The notes under the pieces: model-generated
The model's input: the letters and a program-made list of their open reading frames with translations, nothing else
The model's database searches: none
Told to the model about the DNA's origin: nothing
Part shown: positions 45,947-56,800 of the stretch, piece after piece
Layout: every line of letters starts with the position of its first letter
Position numbering within the stretch: the first letter of the stretch is position 1
IMG/VR virus record: IMGVR_UViG_3300042475_004151
DNA from: a virus
Length of the DNA stretch: 64,000 bases
Strand: one strand, 5' to 3'
Translations under genes and position numbers: made by a program

Positions 45947-46729
45947 TTAAATTATCTTAATACTAATAGGTAATGATTCAGTCATAGGCTTAGAATTTGG
46001 ATTTTCTAATTTATATATTTTATATATATTCATGAACATTTCAAAATTATCATCAATATTACTTATATGTTTTAGTTCCCATCCTTTACCTTGTATCTTA
46101 TCTCCTTTACCTTCACTACGTGTAGATGCTTTAAGCCATAGAATACCTGTCTCTTCAATTGTAGTATCATGAGTTTCATTCCATGCTTTAGCATAAGCTG
46201 CTAATTGTAAATTATGTGATGTATGAAGTGAATTAGATGTTTTAATATCTAATAACCATAATTTATCATTTATTTTACAAATAATATCTGTAGTACCAGC
46301 GTATTTAAATTCATCTGAGAATACATGATATTCAGTTACTACTAATTCTGGTTTGTGTGTGTTCCAAAAGTCTGCAAATTTAAGAATCATTTTCCATGTG
46401 TCTAGACTATATAAAGCTTTTCCATATTCATCTAACCAATGGATTTCACCTCCATTAAGAAAGGTATCAACTGCATTATGTACTTGAGTACCTTCTGAAG
46501 CTGCTTTGTTAGCTATTATTTCACTATTATGACCTACATCTTTTAACCAGTTATGGAAAAATTGATTTTTAGGAAAGAAATTTAATACTGATGTAACAGA
46601 TGGATAATATTCTTCTCCGCGTCTGTAAAATCTACTATCTAAAACATTTACTTGTTTATCTCCCTCATTGTATTCTACAATTCGTTTGATTTTTGGATCT
46701 TTAATGATATTAACGTTTTTGTCTATCAT
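45947..46729 (-). CDS. PD-(D/E)XK exonuclease
   Basis: YPSVTSVL, GTQVHN, YAGTTDII, LDIKTS and QLAAY motifs. Confidence 0.85.
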   Translation of the reverse strand: MIDKNVNIIKDPKIKRIVEYNEGDKQVNVLDSRFYRRGEEYYPSVTSVLNFFPKNQFFHNWLKDVGHNSEIIANKAASEGTQVHNAVDTFLNGGEIHWLDEYGKALYSLDTWKMILKFADFWNTHKPELVVTEYHVFSDEFKYAGTTDIICKINDKLWLLDIKTSNSLHTSHNLQLAAYAKAWNETHDTTIEETGILWLKASTRSEGKGDKIQGKGWELKHISNIDDNFEMFMNIYKIYKLENPNSKPMTESLPISIKII

Positions 46730-47664
46730 GCTAATTCGAGTTTTTTGTAAATTAGTTCACCTAAACTTAATTGTTCGGCGTCATGAACTAACGTGGTGAA
46801 TTTTTCAAATCCCATATCAGAGGGATCCTTGTCTTGCAAATCAATTAAATAAACGTCTTTACCTAGATTGAGTAATTGTTCAGCGTATTGTAAAGCATCT
46901 TTTAAAGCGTCCTTATCTAAAGATACGTATACTGTTTTAACTTGTGGATCAATTAGTTTCATCATTAATGCTCTTGGTATTGTTTTACCTAATAATGGTA
47001 CTGCATTGCGTTTAATAGCAATAGCATCAAACATACCTTCACATAATATAACAGGAACATTCCAATTAATGAAATATTCAAGACCAATCATTTCATTCTT
47101 ATTACATTTAGGAGCATCATATTTTTTTGTTGAGTCAGGATTTAAATCCCTGGCTATAAAATAATTTATACTTCCGTCTTTATCATAAGATGGTATAATA
47201 ACTCTATTGGCATATCTGCCTTCTTCACAATAACCTATATTATATTTCAATATATCTGACTTGGTGATACCTCGTTTTTTTAAATACATTAAAGCGTGTT
47301 TAGCGACGATATCTGTACGTTGTAGGTTAATAAGTGGTTTATATTCTTTAGGTAAATGTATTTTATTAATAACAATTTCTTTCTCTTCTTGAGTTGATGA
47401 AAAATTCAACATTGATTTCAACTCAGCTATCTTATATGTGGGTGACTTTGCTTTTTTAAATAAACCTACTAATGTTTTTCCTTTAGCATTACAAACCCAA
47501 CAATGCCAAAAATTTTCTCCTTTAGAGTTAGGCACAACATTTACTTCCAATTTCATTTTATGATGTGTACAGAAAGGACACTTATAAGCATAGTTATTAT
47601 TACTAGTTTTTTTACCAGTACCTAACACACTATTTATTGTATGTAATAAGGCCGCGTTAGTCAT
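46726..47664 (-). CDS. dnaG: DNA primase (Zn finger plus TOPRIM)
   Basis: CPFC..H...HCWVC; RVIIP; LCEGMFDAIA; LDKDA; DKDPSD. Confidence 0.9.
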   Translation of the reverse strand: MTNAALLHTINSVLGTGKKTSNNNYAYKCPFCTHHKMKLEVNVVPNSKGENFWHCWVCNAKGKTLVGLFKKAKSPTYKIAELKSMLNFSSTQEEKEIVINKIHLPKEYKPLINLQRTDIVAKHALMYLKKRGITKSDILKYNIGYCEEGRYANRVIIPSYDKDGSINYFIARDLNPDSTKKYDAPKCNKNEMIGLEYFINWNVPVILCEGMFDAIAIKRNAVPLLGKTIPRALMMKLIDPQVKTVYVSLDKDALKDALQYAEQLLNLGKDVYLIDLQDKDPSDMGFEKFTTLVHDAEQLSLGELIYKKLELA

Positions 47665-47691
47665 AACGGATAATATAATAAATTATCTTTA

Positions 47692-48144
47692 CTAAGCAAA
47701 GTCTTTACGGAAATACTTTCCAGCTATATTATCATTGTAGCTATTGTCTGTGAATAAAACATTGTATGTTATTTGTTCTTGCAATTCAAAATATGTAAGT
47801 TGTTTTTTGTTTTTAGCTAGATGTATTATAACACGTTCAAATTTATCTTCACCTAATAACTTAATATCAGTTAATAATTCTTTAGATGAACCATAATATG
47901 ATTTCCATCCACTATCTACTTGATCAATTCGTGTTGTAGCTCGACGTCCTGGACCTGATTGTTCAGCGATTTCTTTTTTGGTGAGTTTTTTCTTTTTATT
48001 ATGAATAAATGCTTTTTTACCTATATAAAACTTATTTGTTTCTAAATTAGTAATTATATAAGTGAAACCATAATATCCATTAATTTGATCTTCAGGAAAT
48101 GGTTCTACACTTCCATCATCTAAATACCATAACCATCTTTTCAT
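47692..48144 (-). CDS. GIY-YIG endonuclease (Seg-like, free-standing)
   Basis: GFTYIITNLETNKFYIGKK; YYGSS; YNDNI. Confidence 0.85.
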   Translation of the reverse strand: MKRWLWYLDDGSVEPFPEDQINGYYGFTYIITNLETNKFYIGKKAFIHNKKKKLTKKEIAEQSGPGRRATTRIDQVDSGWKSYYGSSKELLTDIKLLGEDKFERVIIHLAKNKKQLTYFELQEQITYNVLFTDNSYNDNIAGKYFRKDFA

Positions 48145-48159
48145 AAACTTATTTTATTT

Positions 48160-48855
48160 TTAACATGTAAAAGTACTAATAAAGAATGCTTTAGTTCTAT
48201 TACTATTCATAGGAATTGTTGAGAAACACAAATCTGATCCTGCTGTTGGACAGTTTGTGGTGTTATCAGTATTAACAGCGTGTCTATATTGATAACCAAA
48301 TTCATTAATGGCTCTTACATAAACTATAGTTCCACTATTAAATGATTGAGCTCCTTTAAATGTACAATTTCCAGGATATCCACTAAATGGTCCTAAATCA
48401 GTCCAAGGACCAGTACTACTTACTGTTGAATATTGTAATTTAGTAGCATTAGAAGGTAAAGAGGAATCATTTAAAGCAAATGTAGTTAAAGTATAACGTG
48501 TAGGTGATGAAGCAGATGTTGTCACACTAGGTGTTACAGTTTTAGATGGAGTAGGTGTTGGTGTTTTTGTTATAGAAGGTGTAATTGTTATACTTGGTGT
48601 GATACTAGGAGTTGCTAATGGTGTTGCTGAAATACTAATACTTGGAGTTACACTTGGTGTTACACTTGGTGTTCTACTTAATGCTGGTGTTCTACTAGGA
48701 GAAATAGAAGGTAAAGGACAAAATACATAATCTAAAACAGGTGCTATATAATCAGGATCACCTATATCATTAGATTTGATTAAACCTGTAGCCACACCAT
48801 TATCTAAATAGTATTCTTCTAGGTTTGCATATGCTTTATATCCTGTATTTGACAT
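48160..48855 (-). CDS. Virion protein: N-terminal DPDYIAP module, TPS repeat, Cys-rich beta domain
   Basis: Translation shows the three parts; last gene of the baseplate run. Confidence 0.75.
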   Translation of the reverse strand: MSNTGYKAYANLEEYYLDNGVATGLIKSNDIGDPDYIAPVLDYVFCPLPSISPSRTPALSRTPSVTPSVTPSISISATPLATPSITPSITITPSITKTPTPTPSKTVTPSVTTSASSPTRYTLTTFALNDSSLPSNATKLQYSTVSSTGPWTDLGPFSGYPGNCTFKGAQSFNSGTIVYVRAINEFGYQYRHAVNTDNTTNCPTAGSDLCFSTIPMNSNRTKAFFISTFTC

Positions 48856-48889
48856 TTTTATTTATTGTACTGTTTTATTAAATTCTATA

Positions 48890-50014
48890 TTAACAAGTAA
48901 TACCAATCGCTGACCCTACTATACCAGTTGTTGTTCCTAACATATAAATTGAACTTCCACTATTAGCTTCAACTATATAAGTATAACCTTGAACTTCATT
49001 AATTAAAGTAGGGTCTGTATAGACTGTATTACCAGGTGAAATTCCAACATTAAAAGTCGTATAAACTAACTGTTGTGATACAGAACATATTGCTGGATAT
49101 CCTGTATTGTTTAGTCTAACATTATGAGATGAATATAATACTCCACAATCACATCCTCCCCCAGTTAAATATCCAGCACCACCATTTAATGATACAGGTA
49201 AATCAGTAGCGTTGCATATACAGATGTAATCACCAACTTCTTGATAAGTATATAAATCATTTCCATTACAATCTTTCCAATAGAAATTACCTGATACTGA
49301 GATATAATATTCTCTTGGAGCAGGACATGGTGGTGAAGAAGATGGTGTTATACTAGGTGTTACACTAGGTGTAATACTTATTGATGTACTTATACTAACA
49401 CTAGGTGTTACTGATATTGATGTTCCTTGTGAAACAGATACTGTTATACTAGGTGTTACACTAGGTGTAATACTTGGTGATTTACTCACACTTGGTGAGA
49501 CAGAAGGTGTTTTACTTATTGATATACTTGGAGTCACACTAGGTGTAGCTGGTATACTAGCAGGTACTGAAGTAGATGGTGTTGAAGTAGGAGATGGAAT
49601 AAAGAATGTTTTTTCAATCCACTGTGTATCCCATTTTACCAAAAATGTCATATCAGTATTATCTGATATAGGCATAGGTGATGACATTTTAGCTATAGCT
49701 AATAAATCTTGAGAATCATTATATAACCCAATTGTAGTAACATATGGAGAAAAATCTGATCCTGATATAGAACCTGTAGTAAAATCTTTTAATATTCCAA
49801 AATATTCAGATCCCGTAGGATTATAAAATACACTACCATTGATAGAACTACTATATGGAACTAAAGCAGCTTGACTACCTGATAGTAAACTTGGATTATA
49901 ACTTAAATTAAATTCATAGTCCTTTATAGTACATTTCATAAAAGTTTCATAAACAACCATGCTGTTTTGAAATTTTATTCTTGTAATATTTGTATTTAAA
50001 GTCCTAGAATTCAT
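48890..50014 (-). CDS. Baseplate/fibre-anchor protein (C-half homolog of 52050-53126) plus TPS repeat and Cys domains
   Basis: YVTTIGLYNDSQDLLAIAKM vs YITTVGLYNNSGDLLAVAKL in 52050-53126. Confidence 0.75.
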   Translation of the reverse strand: MNSRTLNTNITRIKFQNSMVVYETFMKCTIKDYEFNLSYNPSLLSGSQAALVPYSSSINGSVFYNPTGSEYFGILKDFTTGSISGSDFSPYVTTIGLYNDSQDLLAIAKMSSPMPISDNTDMTFLVKWDTQWIEKTFFIPSPTSTPSTSVPASIPATPSVTPSISISKTPSVSPSVSKSPSITPSVTPSITVSVSQGTSISVTPSVSISTSISITPSVTPSITPSSSPPCPAPREYYISVSGNFYWKDCNGNDLYTYQEVGDYICICNATDLPVSLNGGAGYLTGGGCDCGVLYSSHNVRLNNTGYPAICSVSQQLVYTTFNVGISPGNTVYTDPTLINEVQGYTYIVEANSGSSIYMLGTTTGIVGSAIGITC

Positions 50015-50020
50015 TTTTTA

Positions 50021-52039
50021 TTATGTTGATGGGCGTGATGTACTCACAGTAATACTTGGTGTTATACTTGGTGATTTTGTTGGTGTTTTTGTCGGTGTTA
50101 CTGTTGGTGTAGTATAAATTGGAGTACACAATTCGTATGCACCAGCATTAACATAAGCTGTTAGTGAAATTGATGTACCACCAGTTATGGTTAGGTTATA
50201 GTCTGTTCCACAATATGTATTAAGATTTGATGGACATGCACTAGCTGAGTTTACAGCGTTGTATCTAATGTATCCTGATATTGATCTAAATCCAATATAA
50301 AGTACTGTTCCGTTAGGTATACCGGTAATTGTACCTCGCAATGAACATACCTCTGAACTCACAGTTGCTAAAAATGTTTCAGTTCCAGTGATTCCTAATT
50401 TATAATATATTCCACAACTATTTCCTATACTTAGTGCTCTTTGAGCATACACATCAACACTTGAAGTTGGAACTGGGCTCGTTGTAGGTGTTGGTGTTAC
50501 TGTTGGTGTTTTACTTACTGTTATACTCGGTGTATTACTAATAGATTTACTAATTGAAATACTAGGTGTGATACTTGGTGATTTTGTTACTGTTTTACTT
50601 GGTGTAACACTTGGTGTTCTAGATATTGATATACTTCTAGTTATACTTGGTGTAATACTTGGTGTATTACTAATAGATTTGCTAATTGATATACTTGGAG
50701 TATTTGATATTGATTTACTTATTGATATACTTGGAGTAACACTTAGAGTAACACTAGGTGTGTTACTAATAGATTTACTAATTGATATACTTGGAGTAAC
50801 ACTAATGCTAGTACTTGTAGTAATAGATGGAGTATTACTAATAGAATTACTTACAGTTATACTTGGAGTAACACTGATGGATTTACTAATAGAAATACTT
50901 GGAGTAACACTTGGAGTAACACTTACTGTTATACTTGGAGTATTACTAAATGATGGACTAACACTTATACTTGTTGTTACAGTAGGTGTTACACTAATAC
51001 TTGCATTTATTGAGAGACTAGGAGTGACAGTAGGAGTAATACTAGGTGTGACACTAGGAGTAGTACTAGGAGTATTGGTAACACTTGGTGTACTACTTAT
51101 TGAGTTACTTACTGTTACACTTGGTGTATCACTTATACTAATACTTGGTGTAGCACTAATAGTAATACTTGGAGTTACACTTGGTGTACCAGAAGGTGTA
51201 GAACTTACTGTTATACTTGGAGTTACACTTGGAGTTACACTAGGTGTATCAGCAGGTGTAGAACTTACTGTTATACTTGGAGTCACACTTGGAGTTACAC
51301 TTGGGGTTACACTAGGTGTTTTAGATACTGATGTACTCTTAGTTATAGAAGGAGTTACTGAAGGTGAGGCTCCTATACAATAAGGATCAATTCCTCTCCA
51401 TCCTGTTAATCTTATACTGTTAGGAATAACAGTTAATATAGCAACGTTTTGTTCATAAAATACATTACCTATATGTGAACCATAATTTAATACAGTTCCA
51501 CGAGATGAACTTACAGGACTACCACTGTAAAATAAGTTATAATTTCCATCATCATATATTTTATAATTTGATGATCCACTACTAAAATATACCTCAAAAG
51601 TAGTGGGTAATATTTTTTCACTAGTTAAATTTCTAGGTATATTTAAAACATAAATAGCGGCTGCTGTTCCTGTTGGGAAATATTTTATAGTATCTATATT
51701 TCCTAAATTAATATGTCCTTTACTATATGATGAAGTTGATAAAGTACCATCATTGTAGATAGTACTTATTTTTCCTGATGCGTATAAGTTAGAGGATGTG
51801 GGTAGAAAATTAGGATAATAAACTAAGTTAATAGAATCATATACTAATCTATCATACTGACCGTTAGTTATATAGTCTGTAGTTGGATCAAAGATTGATT
51901 CACTATGATTAACTCCTATATTAACTACAATTCTGTTTTCAGCAAATGAAGAGGATTCTATGTCCCAACTTTTGTTAGCCGTATAAGGTACTACAAAAGT
52001 ATCCGCTACATTAAGTCTCTTAAAAGTATTTGCTGACAT
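50021..52039 (-). CDS. Baseplate/fibre-anchor protein (N-half homolog) plus ~300-aa TPS repeat and Cys-rich domain
   Basis: EKILPTTF...IYDDG...GNVFYEQNVAILT parallels ESFNPGSF...LVDDS...GIMLPDEGLVILN. Confidence 0.75.
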   Translation of the reverse strand: MSANTFKRLNVADTFVVPYTANKSWDIESSSFAENRIVVNIGVNHSESIFDPTTDYITNGQYDRLVYDSINLVYYPNFLPTSSNLYASGKISTIYNDGTLSTSSYSKGHINLGNIDTIKYFPTGTAAAIYVLNIPRNLTSEKILPTTFEVYFSSGSSNYKIYDDGNYNLFYSGSPVSSSRGTVLNYGSHIGNVFYEQNVAILTVIPNSIRLTGWRGIDPYCIGASPSVTPSITKSTSVSKTPSVTPSVTPSVTPSITVSSTPADTPSVTPSVTPSITVSSTPSGTPSVTPSITISATPSISISDTPSVTVSNSISSTPSVTNTPSTTPSVTPSITPTVTPSLSINASISVTPTVTTSISVSPSFSNTPSITVSVTPSVTPSISISKSISVTPSITVSNSISNTPSITTSTSISVTPSISISKSISNTPSVTLSVTPSISISKSISNTPSISISKSISNTPSITPSITRSISISRTPSVTPSKTVTKSPSITPSISISKSISNTPSITVSKTPTVTPTPTTSPVPTSSVDVYAQRALSIGNSCGIYYKLGITGTETFLATVSSEVCSLRGTITGIPNGTVLYIGFRSISGYIRYNAVNSASACPSNLNTYCGTDYNLTITGGTSISLTAYVNAGAYELCTPIYTTPTVTPTKTPTKSPSITPSITVSTSRPST

Positions 52040-52049
52040 GGGCGTAACA

Positions 52050-53126
52050 TTAGAAGTCTAGTTTAACTCTTAATAATAATTCTTTTGTGAAATCTTTCAC
52101 CAATGGTTTATTTAATTTAGCTACTGCTAATAAATCACCACTATTGTTATATAAACCAACAGTTGTTATGTAAGTTTGAGGATTATATATCAATTGAGTA
52201 TATAGTAAATTACCATTTGAATCAATTACTGTTGGATTAGTTGTATAGTTAGACTCAGCATTTTTAACACGTGTAAAGAAATAACGTGAAGAAATTGTTT
52301 CATAGCTTTGTAAACTAAAGGTAGGATTAGTAGCTGTATCGATCATATCAAATACCATCCTATTATTAAGATTATATGTTTCTCCTAAAGCAGTAAAATA
52401 TGAAGCTACTTGTGATGAACTAAATTCATTGAATATAGCTCCAACTCCTCCTAAAGGACCTGATGATAAAGCTAATGCTCTTGGGTTTAATATTACTAAA
52501 CCTTCATCAGGTAACATTATTCCATAAGATCCACTAACTGTATAGTTAGAAGAAGATGGTACAGTTGTTTGAGTATTACCACTATATGATCCACTTAATA
52601 ATTGATAAACACGTGTTGTACCAATGTAAGTAGATACTGTTGTTACTGTTGAGTCATCAACTAAAGATATTTGATTTGAACCACTTTTAATAGTCAAATA
52701 AAATGATCCTGGATTGAATGATTCTTTGTAACGAGCTCTATTTACTGATATTACAATAATATCTTTTGAGGTATAAGCTGTACCACCAAATTGGAATGAT
52801 GAATTTTCATCTCCATATATTAGTGATCTGAACTGCCCGTATACATCTCTAGTTGGTGTTTTATCAGGTACTAAAGCATTAAAGTAAGATGATCCTGAAC
52901 CACTAATGTGTCCATAAGCGATTGTAAATTGTGAATCAAGAGATTGAGTCACACTTACATCACCTTGAAACACATTAAGGAAGAATTTACCTTGTGCGGT
53001 GTCTATTTCTTGTGCAGACCAGCTGTAAAATGTACTTAATTGTGTTAAGTCATTACTCCACATTGGTGACACTATAGCATCTGAACTAAGTACCTGATCT
53101 TCAGGTTGATAAGCTCCAAAAGACAT
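52050..53126 (-). CDS. Baseplate/tail structural protein
   Basis: C-terminal ITTVGLYN..GDLLAVAKL..P..K motif typical of tail-collar/baseplate anchor domains; cluster position. Confidence 0.7.
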   Translation of the reverse strand: MSFGAYQPEDQVLSSDAIVSPMWSNDLTQLSTFYSWSAQEIDTAQGKFFLNVFQGDVSVTQSLDSQFTIAYGHISGSGSSYFNALVPDKTPTRDVYGQFRSLIYGDENSSFQFGGTAYTSKDIIVISVNRARYKESFNPGSFYLTIKSGSNQISLVDDSTVTTVSTYIGTTRVYQLLSGSYSGNTQTTVPSSSNYTVSGSYGIMLPDEGLVILNPRALALSSGPLGGVGAIFNEFSSSQVASYFTALGETYNLNNRMVFDMIDTATNPTFSLQSYETISSRYFFTRVKNAESNYTTNPTVIDSNGNLLYTQLIYNPQTYITTVGLYNNSGDLLAVAKLNKPLVKDFTKELLLRVKLDF

Positions 53127-53133
53127 ATGTTAA

Positions 53134-53802
53134 TTAGGTTTTAATTATTGTTAAAGGTATAGTAATTCTAGCTCCACTATCTCTACCTGTCACAGTGATT
53201 GTTGTTGTGATTGTTGATCCAGCAACAGAGTTTGTAGCATATAATGTATTAATAGTAGTAGCTATTAAACTAAATGTTGTTCCAATTTGACTAGCTGATA
53301 GACTAGCTCCACTTGAATTTGGAGATGGATTAGTAATGTTTAAACCTGTTGTGTCAATTCCTGTACCTGTAAATGTACTTAAGAATCTTGAATCAGCCAC
53401 AGTCATCATATATCCAGATGGTTCAAATGTTGAAACAGCACCCAAATAATTTAATGTTTGAGGTGTGATATTAATAGAAGCAGCTTGACGTAATGATACA
53501 GCTGTATATCCAAGATTAAGAACAGGTAATTTAGAAGTACCACGAGGTAAAGTTACTAATTTGTATTTCATCATTTGTGTCTCGTCTACAAATGCTTCTA
53601 ATAAAGGCATTGCTTCAATAGCCTCACCAAAAAAGGCAGAACCTGAGGGATGATTTGGATTATACAAGGTATAATCAATTTCATCATCGGCTAAAGCAAA
53701 TTGAGTAATTTGGAATGATCCATCGTTACGTGCTAACAATTCACGACCCTTTTTTGTTAGGACCGCATCAATTGTTACATATTGGTTATTTAAATACGCC
53801 AT
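53134..53802 (-). CDS. Baseplate/tail structural protein
   Basis: DAVLTKKGRELLA...ITQFALADDEIDY (tail-collar N-terminal-like LT..G motif). Confidence 0.7.
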   Translation of the reverse strand: MAYLNNQYVTIDAVLTKKGRELLARNDGSFQITQFALADDEIDYTLYNPNHPSGSAFFGEAIEAMPLLEAFVDETQMMKYKLVTLPRGTSKLPVLNLGYTAVSLRQAASINITPQTLNYLGAVSTFEPSGYMMTVADSRFLSTFTGTGIDTTGLNITNPSPNSSGASLSASQIGTTFSLIATTINTLYATNSVAGSTITTTITVTGRDSGARITIPLTIIKT

Positions 53803-53830
53803 TTGATAAATGTTGTTTTATATAAATATA

Positions 53831-56800
53831 TTAATTAGTTAAAACTGTGCTAAATATCTTACTCTTAAGTTCACTCACTATATTACCTACTTGATCATCA
53901 ACTGACATAAGTAGATTTTTATTCTTAGCTACACCACCAGATGTTAATCCAGGATTTTTTTCATGTTCTACAATAATGTTTGTTTCATCAGGTATTTTTT
54001 TAGAAAATACATAACGTTCAATACGATATGGAGTCACACTTGATGTAATATTATCATTAACCTCTCTATCTAGTCTAAAAGTAATAGGAGATCCTGTAGT
54101 ATTAGCTTCAAGAACTGTATACTCATCAACACTTCTAAAACGTGTTGTTGGAAAATTAGAACCAGTATAGTTAAATCTTATCACATCACCTGGTGTTAAT
54201 GTAAATGAATAATCTGGGGGAGCAAAGCTATTGTATATATTTAGTGTACTTACCACATCAGGTTGTTGACTTTGTGTCACACTACCTGAAAAATATAATC
54301 CAGCATTGTAAAAAGAAGTCATTTGTAATGAACAAGATACTACACTCTTGTCAATATTATTAACTGTTAAATAAGCTGCGTCATCTGCTGATTTATATTT
54401 AAAATCAGTTGCTGTTCCTGCTGCTGGGAATACATTAATTACTCTAGGAAATCCAGATTTAATATTATATCTACCTTGAACATCTCTTCTATAAGATCCT
54501 ATAAAATTAGGACTACCATTAACACCAAATGCTGGTATTAGTACATCAAAGGTTTCAGTTTTATCTCCTCGGAATATATTACCACCAGTAGCATCAAGAT
54601 CTATTTTAACTGTTACTATAACATCATATGGTAAAAGAATAGCTGGAGAATAATTTATTCTTCCTGTTATTATTGTAGTAGTGCTAAGAAATCTTGTTGA
54701 ATAATTAACAGCAGTATTAGAAGGAGCATAACTATTAACTGTTAATACTCCTGAAAGAGGATTTGAACCACTTGGGATATAATAAATTTGATCTGTTTCA
54801 GCTACTCTCCATAATACAGGATAATATTTGTATCCACTACTATAAATAAATTGATTACCATCTAGTGTTTTTTGTAATGATGGGATTTGATTATTGAATA
54901 ATGAAATATTTAATTCTTCTCCCGCTTTAAATATATTTTGTACTTGATATAAATTATAAAATTGGTTACTTGTTATAGTTGTATAATCACGTTGAGCTAA
55001 TTCTGTTAATGAACTACTTGAATCAATTAAATACTTGATATAAAGATTAGAACGTTCTGGCATTGCTATTTGGAAAGATCCAGTACAAGTTGCTTCTGCG
55101 AAGTAAGCAAATTGAAGTGTATTTTTATCAATAGCTGCATTTTTACCATATGAACCTATTCCATCTAAATCAAAAAATTGATCATTATTGGTAAGAAAAT
55201 TATAAGTATCACTATTAACTTGAGATCCAATATATCTAGGTCTAGCATGACGAAGATATTCGTAAGTGAAATCTTGTAATTCAATAGGTTCAAAAACTTG
55301 AACTAATTTACTTCCACTAGTTATATAAGTTATTTTATGTCTAATACTTGAAGTAATAGAACTAGAAACATTATTAATTAATGGATCATAATCATATCTA
55401 AAAATAGATTCTGAATATGAGCTTGTATTATATGGATTAAAAGATAAGAATGGATCTTCTTGAAATTCATTACTATAGGCTATAACTGAAGAACTTGGAA
55501 ATACTCCTGTGAAAAAATCACGAGCATCTGAAGTCATAGTTACAGGACCCATATTGCTATGAACTGTATCTAAGTATAAGGATTGACTATAATCTCCTCC
55601 ATTACTAGATGAAATAAATGCTGTATCAATAGATTGACTATACTCAAGATGAGTTATTGTAGGTTCATATCTTTGTATAACAGGTCTTTCAAGAAGGTGA
55701 GGTTTAATTACAATACCTGTTGATAGATTAGTTCTAGCAGGAGTAAAATCTTTAAGTGTTCTAAATAATGAGTTATGAAAGAAGGATATTAAACGAATAT
55801 AATCTTTGTAGTTATATTTGTTATCAAATTTCTTAAAGAAATCATACTGTAGTACTTGAAGTTGTTGATAAGACCCTGTAGCAGGATTACCAATAATATC
55901 ATCTAAATTATATGTTGAACCAAACTGAGCTATGATATTTCTATCTATTTCATCTTGTGGAGATAAACTAGCATCAAGTAAGTGTAAATCTTTTGTTAAA
56001 GGAATTATAGGTGTTATTTCAATACTCTTATAAGGTAATAATTGATTACCATAAGTACTTCCACTTACTATTCTAACTTTATCTGTTACTGGGTTAGCAT
56101 ATCCAGAATTAGCTGCGTCAGCATAATATGTTTCTGTGAATGAATTATAAGCATTAGTATTAGGAAAATCAATAAATGATGCTGTTAATATTTGAGTAGT
56201 TTGATCAGGATGGGTTGAATATAATTCTGTAGTTGTACTGTGATTATAAGTGTATAAATTATTACCTAAAGTAAATCTAACAGCTAAATCATCAAATGAT
56301 GAAGTTGTAAAATTACCTTCAATTGATTCAGGATTTAAAACATGAGAATCAAAAGCAGATTCTGATATATAGTTAGACCACATTCTAAACTCTTGAAATG
56401 AACCAGAGAATGGAGAACTTAATGGTGGTACATTTCCTAAATGTAATTTAGAATTAGCAACCGCTCCATACCAAAATTCATTATCTGAACTAATAGTACC
56501 ATCAATATATAAACTAGCACTAGCTACATGACCTATTTCTCCGTATACATTGTTTTTAACGTATAAGTCATAATATTGTTGATCATTTAGTTGTCCTACT
56601 CTTCTATTAGGATATCTTCTTTGTAATAATAAATTATACCAACTAGTTTCACCATCTGAACCTGTTGTAAATATAGGTACAGTTGATGAAGTGACGTTAA
56701 ATGTGTTGATAGTGAAACTAATATAGCCAAATTCTCCTGTACTACCTGAATAAATAGAATCTGATGAACCAGTTTGAGTATAAATCAAATCAAGATTCAT

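Noticed and set aside
45905-45950. Pho box upstream of the TonB receptor
   Set aside because: Only a single TAACATT-like word in very AT-rich DNA, with no convincing 11-bp-spaced direct repeat.
47692-48144. GIY-YIG gene as part of a group I intron or intein
   Set aside because: It is free-standing between two complete genes with very short spacers, so no interrupted host gene is present. Terminase, portal and primase look uninterrupted.
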